The notes below the pieces were generated by a model. That model saw nothing but the letters and a program-made list of their open reading frames with translations, was not told the origin of the DNA and did no database searches. The position numbers and the translations under genes are program-made. From Dehalococcoidia bacterium (GTDB taxonomy: Bacteria > Chloroflexota > Dehalococcoidia > Lucifugimonadales > VXLM01), in assembly GCA_963662435.1 (NCBI GenBank), contig OY759598.1, forward strand, positions 3,256,507-3,320,506: DNA of 64,000 nucleotides, in the 5' to 3' direction. How positions within the stretch are numbered: position 1 is the first letter of the stretch; every line of letters starts with the position of its first letter. Positions 52,073-61,898 of this stretch are shown piece by piece.

Positions 52073-53080
52073 ATGCGGGTAGGAAGCGAAGATCACTCAT
52101 ACAAGTGGATCGACAACTGGGCGAAGATTCCCGAGAGCGACAGCTCCCGCAAGGGATGGGCGCATCCGGGCATCGTCGTCACGGAGTCGGGAAACGTCGT
52201 AACGTGCCATCCCGGCGATCCGGAAGTGATGACCTTCGACATTGAAGGGAATTTCATCTCCTCGTGGCGGGGAGACTTTGCCGACGCGCATGGAATCACT
52301 CTCGTCAACGAGGGCGGGGTCGAGTACCTGTGGATTGCCGACAACGGCTCCAAGAGAAACCACGTTCACGGCTACGAGTATCCCCCGGGCGCGGGCGACG
52401 CCTCCGGCCAGGTGTTCAAGACGACAATGGACGGCGAAGTGGTCATGAGGCTGGAGACGCCTCCCCTTCCCGTCTATGAGAACACGCGCTATTCCCCCAC
52501 GACAGTCGCGGTACACGAGGAGCGATGCGGTGGCAACGGCGACATCTGGGTGGGCGACGGATACGGCGCGTACTACGTCCACAGGTTCACGCAGGACGGC
52601 AAGTACGTCGGCAGCGTCAACGGCGAGGAGGGAGCCGGGGCGTACGATTGCCCGCACGGAATCTTCATCGACTATCGCAAGTCCGAACCCGAGCTATACG
52701 TGGCAGACCGTGCCAACGCCCGTGTGCAGGTCTACGACATGGAGGGCGGTTTCAGGCGGTCGTTCGGCGACGGTTTCCTGACCACGCCAAGCGGGTTCGC
52801 GACATACGGCGATCTGATGATAATAGCCGAGCTTCGCGCGCGCCTGGCGGTCACCGACATGAACGATGACCTGCTCACGTACATCGGCGACAACCAGCAG
52901 GTGTGCGACGTCGAGGGCTGGCCCAACAATGCGAATGATTCGGGGCAGATAGTGCCCACCAGCCTCCTGGAGGCGGGCAAGTTCAACAGCCCTCACGGCT
53001 TGGCCGTGGACGCAAACGGCAACCTGTACGTGGCCGAATGGCTCATCGGTGGCAGGGTGACCAAGCTGAACAGGGCCTGA
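52073..53080 (+). CDS. NHL-repeat beta-propeller protein
   Basis: AHGI, DGYG, CPHGI, YVADRAN.RVQ, FNSPHGLAVD..GNLYVAEW. Confidence 0.85.
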   Translation: MRVGSEDHSYKWIDNWAKIPESDSSRKGWAHPGIVVTESGNVVTCHPGDPEVMTFDIEGNFISSWRGDFADAHGITLVNEGGVEYLWIADNGSKRNHVHGYEYPPGAGDASGQVFKTTMDGEVVMRLETPPLPVYENTRYSPTTVAVHEERCGGNGDIWVGDGYGAYYVHRFTQDGKYVGSVNGEEGAGAYDCPHGIFIDYRKSEPELYVADRANARVQVYDMEGGFRRSFGDGFLTTPSGFATYGDLMIIAELRARLAVTDMNDDLLTYIGDNQQVCDVEGWPNNANDSGQIVPTSLLEAGKFNSPHGLAVDANGNLYVAEWLIGGRVTKLNRA

Positions 53081-53449
53081 GGACCGGTCCGCGTCGCCGG
53101 CTGTCCGACGGGACGACTCCACATATTCCGGCACGTTGGCGAGGCGGCGGGCGGCCGAACTGTGTAGGACATCAGTAGCCCGTTGAAGTGGTCTGCCCCT
53201 AAGTTGTCGAGTGCCAGCGGTTAACTGATTCTCCATTCCTTCGAATCAGGGACACTCTTGTCCCAAGGCCTCATACAGATGTCTGTAATGGACGACCTAT
53301 GTCCTAACGTGAAGGTGATTCTCATCGGGGGATCTTCGCTCACCAAAGTCGGCGCGGGGGTGGCTTACGTCTCTGCCACGCCGGTAAATTGACCTGTCGG
53401 TGTTCCTGCCTTGTGCCTGGGGCTATCCGGGACGTAGAATATCGCGACT

Positions 53450-54655
53450 ATGCCACACACTAAACCTCAATCAGTTGTCGTAATTGGAGCCGGGGTGACC
53501 GGCCTGAGCACAGCGTTTCACCTCGTCGAAAAGGGCGTGGAGCGCGTCGCAGTCGTAGACAAGGGCACCGTGGGTGGAGGCTCCAGTCTCCAGGCGGGCG
53601 GGATCATTACCATGCTCATGGCTACGGAGACGGAGGTACGGGCCCGGGCGATAAGCCTCGACCTGTTCGAGCGTTTCAGCCGCATCCTCGATGGGTACCA
53701 TTTCCACCAGGTCGGATGCCTGAATCTGTCGGTGGGGAACACATCCGCCAGGACCGCCGAGAGCCGAGACATGTGGCGTCGGCTGGGAGGCCAATTCGAA
53801 GTTTTGAGTGGAGGCGAGATCAGGGAGCGATTCCCCGATCTTGCAACTGAGGAGACCGATATCGGCGTGCTGGACCTGAGGTCGGGATACTCCGAGCCGC
53901 ACCGGTACATACCTGCTCTGAGGGCCAAGCTGGAGGACATGGGAGTCGAGTTCAGGGAGAACGAGCCGGTGACCGGGTTCGACCTGCGCGACGATCGCGT
54001 GAGAGGGGTCGTGACGGAAAGCGGCACCATCGACACCGACGCGGCGGTCTGCGCGGTGAACGCTTGGTCGAACCACGTGCTCTCGCTCGCGGGGTTTCGA
54101 ACGCCGTACAAGAATTTCATTCATGAGAGATTCGTCACCAAGCCGTTCCCGGAGCCGCCCAGGCTTCCGGCGGTGAATGATCACATCCTCAACGGCTACG
54201 TGCGTCCAACGGACGACAACAGGCTGCTTGCAGGCACGTCCGTGGACAACCTCGGGTCGTACGAGATGCGCGGGCCAGACTTTGACGTGTCGGAACTCGA
54301 TCCGCATCCGGACGCGCTGCCGTTCATAAGGGAGAACCTGATCAAGCGGGCCCCGATGATGGAAGGGGCCGAGTGGGACTACCATACCGTCGGGCTGATC
54401 AGCCTGGCGTACGACGTGAAGCCCGCAATCGGTCCGGTGCCCGGTGTGGAGGGCCTCTACGTGGGCGCTCACTTCCACTCCGGTGGCTTCGCATACAACC
54501 CTGTGTCTGGACTGCTCGTTGCCGAGCACGTCGTTGACGGGGAGACGCGCATTAACTCGGATATGTACAACCCGGCGCGATTCGGAGGCGTCGACACGGA
54601 CGGTTTCCTCGCTGCGCCGGTAATGCACGACGACATGGGCGTGGTCCGCCACTAG
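53450..54655 (+). CDS. FAD-dependent oxidoreductase (sarcosine oxidase/DAO family)
   Basis: VIGAGVTGLSTA..L, P.IGP...EGLY, SGGF...P..G. Confidence 0.88.
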   Translation: MPHTKPQSVVVIGAGVTGLSTAFHLVEKGVERVAVVDKGTVGGGSSLQAGGIITMLMATETEVRARAISLDLFERFSRILDGYHFHQVGCLNLSVGNTSARTAESRDMWRRLGGQFEVLSGGEIRERFPDLATEETDIGVLDLRSGYSEPHRYIPALRAKLEDMGVEFRENEPVTGFDLRDDRVRGVVTESGTIDTDAAVCAVNAWSNHVLSLAGFRTPYKNFIHERFVTKPFPEPPRLPAVNDHILNGYVRPTDDNRLLAGTSVDNLGSYEMRGPDFDVSELDPHPDALPFIRENLIKRAPMMEGAEWDYHTVGLISLAYDVKPAIGPVPGVEGLYVGAHFHSGGFAYNPVSGLLVAEHVVDGETRINSDMYNPARFGGVDTDGFLAAPVMHDDMGVVRH

Positions 54656-54779
54656 GCGTCAACGCCAGAGGCACCAAGGGGGCGATACGCCAAGGCGATT
54701 CGTCCTTACCCCTGCATTTAGGTCAGGGCAGGCTCTTGCCATTTCCCACATCGTTGTTGAATTTGTGGCAGCGACCAAA

Positions 54780-54841
54780 GATGGATTCCCGCCCCGTATC
54801 GTATCGTGGTACTGGGTGACATTCCTTCGCGGGAATCCATC
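54780..54841. repeat. REP-like hairpin (GGATTCCCGC family)
   Basis: GATGGATTCCCGC...GCGGGAATCCATC; related sites at about 40241, 41086, 50537, 56613. Confidence 0.7.
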
Positions 54842-54895
54842 TTTCCTCTGAAAACACCCCCCGTCCAACCTCTCCTGTAGGGGCAACCCTTGTGG

Positions 54896-56327
54896 CAATT
54901 GCTCCAACTAATTACCGTTTTTGCCTTTGGATAGTACTCCTCTGAGTAGTAAAAGGATATGACTACTCGCCAGGAGGAGCTTCGTAATGTCGACCAAGAC
55001 CGACGACGACCCAGACACGGTCGGGAATATAGAGGAGTTTCTCCAGCAGTGTTTGGAGGACATGGAGCCAGATCACAACGACAAGGGCCCTGGCAGGCCC
55101 CGCATTCTGCCTGCCATGGCTCTGTGGGCCGGACTGCTGGTCTGTGTCTTGAGAGGCTTTGAAAGCCAACTGGCCGTATGGCGTCTTATCTCCGAGCACG
55201 GACTGTGGTTCTTCCCCCGATTTCCCGTTACCGACCAAGCGGTCTACAAACGGCTCCACGACGCGGGACCTGAGCCGTTCGAGAGACTCTTCAAGCACAT
55301 CAGCAGCGTATTGACAGAACGATTACAGGGTTTGGCATCTGAGCAACTGGCGCCGTTCGCCAAGCAGGTGGTCTCCATAGACGAAAGTACCCTGGACGCC
55401 ATGTCGAGAAGGCTTCCTCCTCTGAGAAGAATCCCCAAAGGCGACACTCGTCTGCTGCCTGGCAAGCTGGCAGGCGTGTTCGACGTGAGACGACAGCAGT
55501 GGCGGACCGTCAAGCTTCATCCGAATCCCCAACAGAACGAGAAGGTGTCGGCACGGGAGTTGGCACAAGACCTGCCAGCCGGAACACTGGTGTTGGCAGA
55601 CCTTGGTTACTTCGGCTTCGCCTGGTTTGACTGGCTCACAGAAAGGGATGTCTATTGGCTGAGCAGATTGAGAGCAAAGACCAGCTACAAGGTCGTACAC
55701 ACCTTCTATCAGAGGGGCGAGGTGTTTGACGGCATTGTGTGGCTGGGAGCCTACCGCGCTGATCGGGCCAAATACGCCGTTCGGCTGGTGACCTTCAGAC
55801 AGGGCAGTACCATGCGACGCTACATCACCAACGTTCTTGAGCCACATACGTTCCCGATCTCATCGATGGCCGAGGTCTACGCTCGCAGGTGGGACATCGA
55901 GATGGCGTTCAAGCTGATCAAGCAACATCTGAAGCTGCGCCTTCTGTGGTCTTCCAAGCATGTGGTGATTTACCAGCAGATATGGGCGACGTTGATTATC
56001 TCGCAAATCCTGCAGTCGCTGAGGCTTGAGATAGCTCACAGAGCCGGGGTGGACCCGTTCGAGGTGTCCATCAGCCTGTTGGTTGAGTATGCGCCACAGT
56101 ATGCCTATGAAGGCAGGGATCCCGTGAAGATATTCGTGGAGCGAGGGCGTGATCTAGGCTTCATTCGACCTTCCCGCAGAACCCGCATTCACACCCCAAA
56201 CATACCCGACGAGACAATACTGCCTGCACCACCTGAACTTGTGCTCACACGCACCCCTAGATACGCTAACCGCAAATGCTTCAAACGTCCCGCAAATACC
56301 CCGAAAGTGAATTAGTTGGAGCAGATG
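54896..56327 (+). mobile_element. IS4-family insertion sequence
   Basis: IR CAATTGCTCCAACTAATT / AATTAGTTGGAGCAGATG (16/18); 9-bp target duplication CCCTTGTGG (54887-54895, 56328-56336). Confidence 0.92.
54987..56315 (+). CDS. IS4-family DDE transposase
   Basis: IDESTLD, LADLGYF, Y..RW.IE..FK..K (YREK); stop lies in the right IR. Confidence 0.92.
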   Translation: MSTKTDDDPDTVGNIEEFLQQCLEDMEPDHNDKGPGRPRILPAMALWAGLLVCVLRGFESQLAVWRLISEHGLWFFPRFPVTDQAVYKRLHDAGPEPFERLFKHISSVLTERLQGLASEQLAPFAKQVVSIDESTLDAMSRRLPPLRRIPKGDTRLLPGKLAGVFDVRRQQWRTVKLHPNPQQNEKVSARELAQDLPAGTLVLADLGYFGFAWFDWLTERDVYWLSRLRAKTSYKVVHTFYQRGEVFDGIVWLGAYRADRAKYAVRLVTFRQGSTMRRYITNVLEPHTFPISSMAEVYARRWDIEMAFKLIKQHLKLRLLWSSKHVVIYQQIWATLIISQILQSLRLEIAHRAGVDPFEVSISLLVEYAPQYAYEGRDPVKIFVERGRDLGFIRPSRRTRIHTPNIPDETILPAPPELVLTRTPRYANRKCFKRPANTPKVN

Positions 56328-56484
56328 CCCTTGTGGTTGCCCTCCCTCGGTTCAGTCCAACTCTCATCCTTCGGTGTGCAGACGACAAGTCTGCATGGGT
56401 CATTCCTCTAAGAACAACCCCCGTCCACCCTCCCGCAAGGGCGATTCGCGAATCGCCCCTACCACCAACTAACCCCAACCCGTC

Positions 56485-56910
56485 ATTCCCCCTTATGCCC
56501 GACCGGCGAGGTCCCCTTATGCCCGGCTGGCGAGGCCCCCGACTTGCGAAGTCCCCTATACGCCCGACCGGCGAGGCCCGCCTGGCTGGCGAGGCCCCGG
56601 CGAGGCCCCCCACCGTCATTCCGGCGGAGGCCGGAATCCAGTCTTCGGACCCTGTCATGTCGAGCCACAATTTTCATTCCAGGTGGTGAGGGTGGCGACC
56701 CTCATGAGATATTCTGAGGAGCGCAGCGACGAAGAATCCACCATCTCTCCCCCGCCGGGGGAGAGATACAGAGAGGGGGTCTTCGCAGTTACTTGAAAGC
56801 CCGTCGAAGGGCAGCCCCCCACCAGAACCCAACCCGTCATTCCCCCTACACGCCTGGCCGGCGAGGCCCCCTTATGCCCGGCCGGCGAGGCCCTGGCGAG
56901 GCCCTTTTGA
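56485..56910. repeat. Cluster of GGCGAGGCCC short repeats and REP-like hairpins
   Basis: About 8 GGCGAGGYCC copies in two blocks; CGTCATTCCGGCGGAGGCCGGAATCCAG; ATCTCTCCCCCGCCGGGGGAGAGAT. Confidence 0.8.
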
Positions 56911-56942
56911 CATCCACCCAAACCACTCCTAATATAGAACAC

Positions 56943-57872
56943 ATGAACTATTACAAAGACCTCCGACTCGACGAACTCGACATCGCCTCCCCCGAGGAGG
57001 CCGAAGAACTGGAATACGAGCTCGAACTGCGCTTCGAGGACTTCACCCCCACGGATCGCAAGACCTGGCTCAAACAAAACGCCTACCTGGAGCACTTCTC
57101 CCAGACCGGTGCCACCACCTCAGCCGCGAGAGGAGCGAACGTCACCGTCTACACGGCTCTTAGGTGGCAGAGTGCCGACGTGCTGAGCTTCAACCGCAGA
57201 CTTGAGGTGGCCAACCTGGCATTCAACGACAGCCTTCACGAGATTGCACTCATGCGCGCCGGCGAACCCAAGTCCCCCGCGTCGCTGATCATCGCCCTGC
57301 TCCGCGCGAACATGCCGGAGAAGTACTCCGAAAATGGTGAAAATGACGACCGGGCTAAGGCTAAGGCTAAAGCTAAGGAACTCGAACAGCACCGCCGCTA
57401 CCGGGTGCAGGCCCGCCGTGAGAAAGCCGTCGGATACCCAACCTTCAGCAAATTGGCCGAGGGCGCTGAGAATGCACGTCCCCAATATGACCACGACCCG
57501 TCACCTCCCAATCTCTCCCCCACCGAGGAGCCTTCGAATTCCCATCTCTCCCCCGGCGGGGAGTTTTCAGAATCCCATCTCTCCCCCGCCGGGGGAGAGA
57601 TACAGAGAGGGGGCTCCCCACACCCGACACCGTACGACCACGAGCCGTCCTAACCCAACAACACCGACGATGACTGGTATCCAGAAGACTTCTCTGCGCC
57701 CACACCGGTGAATCCTCCACACCGTCTCACCGACGACGACCTGTATCCGGAATCGTCCCCGTCACCCCAAGGACCTACGGACACTGAACTAACCCGCGCC
57801 GCGCGCCGCGAACTCCTCAGACAACAAAGAAAGGCCGAAAAGAAAAACACCTTCCCCGTAAAGCGCTTCTAA
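56943..57872 (+). pseudogene. Solitary phage small-terminase-like HTH protein gene with one in-frame stop
   Basis: KQNAYLEHF..TG..TSAA..A.V...T..RW...D..F...LE.A...F.D.L...A..RA...LIIALL.A..PEKY resembles small-terminase HTH proteins; TAA at 57651-57653 is followed by 72 in-frame sense codons whose end is conserved in the 32.2-kb paralog. Confidence 0.65.
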
Positions 57873-58357
57873 CCCTCTCCCGCCGTGGGCTGACAGGAGT
57901 ATGTAAACTGGATTATAGCTACGATCCAGCCCCGTATCCCTGTCATTCCGAGTGCAGCGAGGAATCTAAAATCCATAACCGCAAGACCGGGCACCCGGTG
58001 CCAAGGTTGCGTTCTCGTGAATGTAGACCCCCTCTCCCGTTCGCGGGAGAGGGTTGGGGTGAGGGCAAATACATACCCCCGTTCGCCCTGAGCCTGTCGA
58101 AGGGCAAGCCCCGCCAACCAAAGTTACAAAATGGTGAAGAATGTTACACAAAAGCCCCGTAATCGCCTTATCACCTCTCCCGCCGTGGGCTGACAGGGGT
58201 AGGCACAACGGATTTGTAGCTACGATCCAGCCCCGAATCCCTGTCATTCCGAGTGCAGCGAGGAATCTAAAATCCATAACCGCAAGACCGGGCAGCCGGT
58301 GCCAAGGTTGCGTTCTCGTGAATGTAGACCCCCTCTCCCTTTCCCGGGAGAAGGCTA
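57873..58357. repeat. Two tandem copies (period about 300 bp) of the composite GGCTGACAGG/REP repeat
   Basis: Copies begin about 57873 and 58173; homologous to the 29572 and 32262 repeats. Confidence 0.88.
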
Positions 58358-58469
58358 GAGACTGCCCGAACTCGATACGGGAGTGAGGGTGAATCGTAAT
58401 ATCAAAATCATGTGGGACTGGTACTGGTAAAGGGCGGCTTGCCGCCAAATCATACGACAACATGGAGAA

Positions 58470-58640
58470 AAGTCCCGGAATGTCCCGAACTGTCCCACCT
58501 TCAGAGAGCATTCGTCGTGATGAATCAGCTTGCACACTTGCTCATCCGACCTCCATGCCGCCACTCTAAATCGCAATTCTACTTTACAATAACGACCGGA
58601 ATGCATCAAAATGCATCAGAATGCATCACTTTTGAGAAAG
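58470..58640 (+). repeat. Two phased triple boxes
   Basis: GTCCC at 58472/58482/58492; GCATCA at 58603/58613/58623. Confidence 0.75.
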
Positions 58641-58724
58641 ACTCCCACCAGACATCCGCCCGATATCCCGCATGCAAGCCCTACAATTCCACCCAGCCAA
58701 GTGCCTGCCAGTCCAAACAGTGCG

Positions 58725-60386
58725 CTATCCCCGCTGCCTTATGTCGCGTCGTTGGAACAGCACGAGGGACATGCCGATCAGCACAATGAACGGCACGGCC
58801 AGTGCGGCGGCGTCACCCCAGTCCATGCCGTTTATGAGGGGGTCGCTGCCCAGGTAGTAGTTGAACGGCGACAGCCACTCCACGGCCGACAGAGCACCTG
58901 ATATGTTCGCGAGGGAGGTCAGCAGATGCAGGGCAAGCGCGGCCCCTGCGGCGCCGGTTATTGCGACTCCGGCGCGTCCTGTGCCGGCACTCAGCGCCAG
59001 GGCAAGGGCTCCGAACACCAGCCCAACGAGTACCTGCAGCGTCGCCGTGGCGGCGATGTTGCCGACGGACATCCCCAGGTCCCCCAACACTGAACCGAGC
59101 GCGACGCCCGCGAACGTCGCAACCCCGACGGCAATTCCGAACAGCACCAACGTCGCGGCCTTTTCCAGCACTATCCTGGATCGTGGTATTGGGTTGGACA
59201 GCAGGAGGGCCATCGTCCGGCGCGACTCCTCTCCCGCCAGCGCTCCGGCTCCCATGACCGCCGTCACGAGGATGACCGAAAGCGGGGCCATCATTCCGAA
59301 GGTCTCCAGCGTGTACCAACCCTCCGGCGTACTCAAGTTTCCGCCGCCGAAGAGCGCGAGCAGCTCCTGCGGGAAGGCATCGAACGCCGAGAGCGTTTCC
59401 TGTGGCAACGAGGCGTACATCGGGCCCAACATGACGCCCATGACGAGGAACATCAGCGCCGAGGTAATCAGCAGCAGCGTCTGATAGTCCGAGACGGTCT
59501 TGACCCATATGGACGAAACCCTTGCCGAACCGGCCAGCCGTCCGATAAGCCGGTTGAGGAGTGGGTTCCCGCGAATCCTGTCCAGCATGGTGGTCCCCAC
59601 GGACTGGCCTCTTAGGTCCCGGCGGTTGAACCCCACCGCTGCTACGACCAGAAGGGCTGCAGAGGCACCAATGAGCACCAGGAGATGGCCCCAGGCGATT
59701 CCGTTGTAGACGGGATCGCTCCCGTCGAAGTAGTACCAGGGGAACGCCTTCTGCAAGCCTTCCAGTCCCTGTACAAGTGGCAGGAGCCCCACCGCGAAGA
59801 ACCCGACCACAAGGACGCCGGCAGTCGCTCCCATGGCCGTGTCGCGGTTGCCGGTAGAGGCCCCGATTGCCAGCGCAAGCATCCCGTAGAACAGCGCATT
59901 GACGTACAGGTGGAGGGCCAGTGCCTCGACGTGCAGGCCGCCGATCTCCACATTGAGCATGGCGGCTATCGGATGGACCGGGGCCCACATGGCAATGACC
60001 GTGGCGCCGGAGAGCAGCACCAGGGCGGCGGCCTTGGTCATGAGGACGTGCGTGCGGCTCTTGGGGTTGGCCAGCAGCATGCCCATCGTGCCGTTTCGTT
60101 CCTCCCCTGCGATGGTTCCCGAACCCATGACCAGCGCCACGGCGGCCACGACAAAGGCGCCAAACGACCCGAAGACGTAGCCTATGGCCAGACCTCCAAC
60201 GTCTACGTCATCTCCAATGCCGAGGAGAGACCTGAACGCCAGGGGCAGCTCGGTATAGACGGAGAGGTCGATGTCCCGGTAGACGGACATGCCGAACAGA
60301 AGCAGCAGTGTGAGGCTCGCGGCGGAGATCGTCCAACCCATCCACCGGTCTCTTGATGTCTTGATGAAGATATTGGCAAGTACCAT
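58725..60386 (-). CDS. ABC-2-type exporter permease with two tandem permease domains
   Basis: Two copies of AGEE..(G)TM..LL.NP..R...K and PW/F.Y..GSDP..NG..WG. Confidence 0.9.
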   Translation of the reverse strand: MVLANIFIKTSRDRWMGWTISAASLTLLLLFGMSVYRDIDLSVYTELPLAFRSLLGIGDDVDVGGLAIGYVFGSFGAFVVAAVALVMGSGTIAGEERNGTMGMLLANPKSRTHVLMTKAAALVLLSGATVIAMWAPVHPIAAMLNVEIGGLHVEALALHLYVNALFYGMLALAIGASTGNRDTAMGATAGVLVVGFFAVGLLPLVQGLEGLQKAFPWYYFDGSDPVYNGIAWGHLLVLIGASAALLVVAAVGFNRRDLRGQSVGTTMLDRIRGNPLLNRLIGRLAGSARVSSIWVKTVSDYQTLLLITSALMFLVMGVMLGPMYASLPQETLSAFDAFPQELLALFGGGNLSTPEGWYTLETFGMMAPLSVILVTAVMGAGALAGEESRRTMALLLSNPIPRSRIVLEKAATLVLFGIAVGVATFAGVALGSVLGDLGMSVGNIAATATLQVLVGLVFGALALALSAGTGRAGVAITGAAGAALALHLLTSLANISGALSAVEWLSPFNYYLGSDPLINGMDWGDAAALAVPFIVLIGMSLVLFQRRDIRQRG

Positions 60387-60388
60387 TG

Positions 60389-61312
60389 CTACTTCTCCTC
60401 ATCGCTGTGGTAGTAGGTAAGGAAGATCTCCTCAAGGTCCGCCTCGCTCGTCCTGATGTCCGCGACCCCATACCGGTCCGTCACCACCTTCAGGAGCGCT
60501 CCCATGTCCCCGTGGAACGCCATCTCGACGTGGTTGTCGCGGACGAGGACGTTGCGGACTCCTGAGAGGCCTTCGAAGACCGAGGCGTCTGCCGATGCGT
60601 CAAGCACAAACTCCACCTGGCGCATTGCCTTCGACCGCAGGTCCGTAACCGATTCCACGGTGATCAGAAAGCCGTCGCGGATGATGCCGACCCGGTCGGC
60701 GACGCGCTGCACCTCGGACAGGGTGTGACTTGAGAGGAATACCGTGCGTCCTTCGGCCGTCACTTCGCGCAGCATCGCCTGGAACTCGCTCTGCACCAGC
60801 GGGTCGAGGCCGGAAGTTGGCTCGTCCATGATGAGAAGGGCGGGCTGGTTCATGAACGCCTGTATCACGCCGACCTTCTGCCGGTTGCCCGTCGACAGGT
60901 CTCCGACCTTTCTCGACAGGTCTGAATCCAGCCGGTCGGCCAGCTCATCGACGTAGCTCCAGTCGACTCCTCCACGCAGGTTCGCGAAGTACATCAGCGT
61001 ATCCCTGCCAGTGAGGTTCGGGTACAGGGCCAGGTCCGCAGGGATGTACCCAACGTGCCGCCGTATGTTTACAACATCCTTGTGCGTGTCGAGGCCGAGG
61101 ATGGTGGCGGCGCCGGCGGTAGGCCGGATTTCGTCCAGCAGCGTCCTGATGGTCGTGGACTTTCCCGCTCCGTTCGGACCGAGGAAACCAAAGACCTCTC
61201 CCACCTGTACGTCCAGGTTGACGTCCTCGATTCCGCGATTCTTGCCGTAGTACTTGGTCAGCCCCTCCGTGTGGATGGCTGCACCCGTCGCGCCTTCGGT
61301 CATTGTCTCCAT
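60389..61312 (-). CDS. ABC exporter ATP-binding protein
   Basis: GPNGAGKST, LSTGNRQK, MDEPTSGLDP, SSH. Confidence 0.95.
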   Translation of the reverse strand: METMTEGATGAAIHTEGLTKYYGKNRGIEDVNLDVQVGEVFGFLGPNGAGKSTTIRTLLDEIRPTAGAATILGLDTHKDVVNIRRHVGYIPADLALYPNLTGRDTLMYFANLRGGVDWSYVDELADRLDSDLSRKVGDLSTGNRQKVGVIQAFMNQPALLIMDEPTSGLDPLVQSEFQAMLREVTAEGRTVFLSSHTLSEVQRVADRVGIIRDGFLITVESVTDLRSKAMRQVEFVLDASADASVFEGLSGVRNVLVRDNHVEMAFHGDMGALLKVVTDRYGVADIRTSEADLEEIFLTYYHSDEEK

Positions 61313-61434
61313 GTGCCTGCCTCCTGCAGAGAAAGAGTTCTGGGACTCCACGTCAAAGCGATCTACTCAGCCGCCATCATTCCGGTCGGCGGATTCATCG
61401 TTGCCGGCCGCCACCAATCTTTTCACACCATGAT

Positions 61435-61612
61435 TCAGTATCTCCAGCGCGCGCGACCACTTCGAGCTCTCCAAACGTTAGGAACTTCGTGATCTTCTCG
61501 ACGACTGCGATTTCGCTGCGAGTCACTCCCTCAACGGCCTCCCGTCCTGTACTGGTCAGACGGGCCAGGGCGACCCGCCTGTCGTTGGCATCGGAAACTC
61601 GCCCCTACCAGG
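61435..61612 (-). pseudogene. MarR-family regulator remnant
   Basis: Manual translation LV/RVSDANDRRVALARLTSTGREAV (wing motif D..DRR....LT..G); frameshifts, 5' half missing; directly upstream of the exporter operon. Confidence 0.55.
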
Positions 61613-61898
61613 TCAGAGTTTTGCAACCCTTTAATTCTAGGGTGTTGAACCACTAGTTGCCAGGACACCCCAGTGAGGAAGAGTTGGATGCAGACAAGAA
61701 CCAATTTCGAGATGAGAATGGGACCGTTAGCCTGTCCTCAGGTGGCTGAATTACGAACTCATGGGTGGGGCGTTAGGTATTGGAGAGGAGATCGACCGAC
61801 GCCTTGTTGGGTCGCCACACAAGGGCGCCTTCCCTGGGACTGTGACAGCGGCCACGATCCCGGGGGCAGGGAGGAGCTGCAAGCCACTCAAGCGTCTT

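Noticed and set aside
56943..57872. Prophage
   Set aside because: No large terminase, portal, capsid, tail or integrase genes in the window
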